Part shown: positions 25,229 through 26,018 of the stretch, in pieces
How the letters are laid out: each line of letters opens with the position of its first letter
Numbering within the stretch: position 1 is the stretch's first letter
Virus record (IMG/VR): IMGVR_UViG_3300021957_000258
Span: 1-26,018 of that record
DNA from: a virus
Lineage: Duplodnaviria > Caudoviricetes
Reading direction: 5' to 3' (one strand)
Length of the DNA: 26,018 nt
The notes under the pieces: model-generated
The model's input: the letters and a program-made list of their open reading frames with translations, nothing else
Databases searched by the model: none
Told to the model about the DNA's origin: nothing
Made by a program: the position numbers and the translations under genes

Positions 25229-25259
25229 ATAATATCTAGCAATTACGACAAAGTAAAGC
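25229..25259 (-). promoter_or_regulatory. recurrent phage promoter for the replication operon
   Basis: GC-TTTACT-N17-TATTAT. Confidence 0.65.
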
Positions 25260-25283
25260 TATTAGTTATATAGTAGTTTTCAG

Positions 25284-25446
25284 AATTAAAAAGTTTATCG
25301 GAAAAACTTTTCGAAAACTACTAATATCGGTAATAATCTAATAGATTTTTAAACAAACACAATGTTTAAGAGTGTTACAGTCTATTAGATTGTAACATTA
25401 ATTCTATTAGAAACTACTAATTCTATTAGAGGGCATGAGAAAACTA
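25284..25446. repeat. CTAATAGA-rich non-coding element, copy B, candidate replication origin
   Basis: CTAATAGA at 25338 and TCTATTAG at 25381, 25403 and 25422. Inverted homology to 3572..3746. Lies in the divergent intergenic region. Confidence 0.8.
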
Positions 25447-25511
25447 AATACTTTGGTGTTTTTTATAATTAAATTGTAATATATAATGGGAACTAGAAAT
25501 TAGAAAGTAAT

Positions 25512-26018
25512 ATGAAATATAAGTTTAAAACAGAGCCTTATGAGCATCAGCTTGAGGCGTTAAAAAGATCATGGAATAAGAAAGAATATGCTTATTTTAT
25601 GGAAATGGGTACGGGTAAATCTAAAGTACTCATAGATAATATAGCTATCCTTTATGACAAGGGTGGTATTAACGCGGCTATTATTATAGCTCCTAAAGGA
25701 GTCTATCGAAACTGGTCTGGGAAAGAGATACCTTTTCATATGCCTGACCATGTAGAACGGCACGTAGGCGTCTGGAATCCCGCACCAACTAGAAAACAAA
25801 AAGTAGAACTAACAAAACTGTTCGAAGTATCTCCTGAGTTAAAAATATTAGTTATTAATGTAGAAGCTTTTAGTACGAAAAAAGGCGTAGCTTTTGTTGA
25901 GAAGTTTATATTGGCTCATAACGCATTAATCGCGGTCGATGAGTCTACAACTATTAAAAACCCTAAAGCACAAAGAACTAAGAACTTATTAAAGTTAGCA
26001 ATTAATACAAAGTACCGT
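25512..26018 (+). CDS. SNF2-family helicase, N-terminal part (runs off the right edge)
   Basis: Read manually: MKYKFKTEPYEHQ...FMEMGTGKS...IIAPK...AVDESTTIKNPKAQRTK. Confidence 0.93.
   Translation, partial: MKYKFKTEPYEHQLEALKRSWNKKEYAYFMEMGTGKSKVLIDNIAILYDKGGINAAIIIAPKGVYRNWSGKEIPFHMPDHVERHVGVWNPAPTRKQKVELTKLFEVSPELKILVINVEAFSTKKGVAFVEKFILAHNALIAVDESTTIKNPKAQRTKNLLKLAINTKYR

Noticed and set aside
3572-25446. Transposon terminal inverted repeats
   Set aside because: There is no transposase or target-site duplication, and the enclosed genes are core phage genes.
25569-25799. 76-aa minus-strand ORF
   Set aside because: It is antisense to the SNF2 helicase.

Overview
AT-rich segment of a tailed dsDNA phage genome, probably from an aquatic Gram-negative host. 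Almost everything is transcribed on the minus strand. From right to left there is a divergent, partial SNF2 helicase (+ strand), then a replication module (SSB-like protein, AEP primase-polymerase, AlkB-like dioxygenase, UvrD helicase). Next is a promoter-led operon: DenV-like protein, class I SAM methyltransferase, aGPT-Pplase1/HMUDK_hel-type protein, dUMP hydroxymethylase-like enzyme, DUF1599-like pyrophosphatase and a Leu762 family A DNA polymerase. This looks like a thymidine-hypermodification locus with an unusual methyltransferase partner and is the best candidate for a new system. A PD-(D/E)XK nuclease and DUF932 follow, then about 10 kb of small-gene cassettes built from a recurring promoter (TGCTTTACT-like -35, TATA[C/A]T -10), a 5' hairpin and an AGAAAGGAG RBS. 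The left end holds the small terminase, a repeat-rich putative terminus region and a spanin pair. Non-coding highlights are an inverted ~170-bp CTAATAGA-rich element present twice 22 kb apart, three GANTC-GCAC-GANTC boxes, two structured leaders and leaderless starts. Three dispersed small proteins appear to be paralogues. All calls come from reading motifs by eye; no database search was run.
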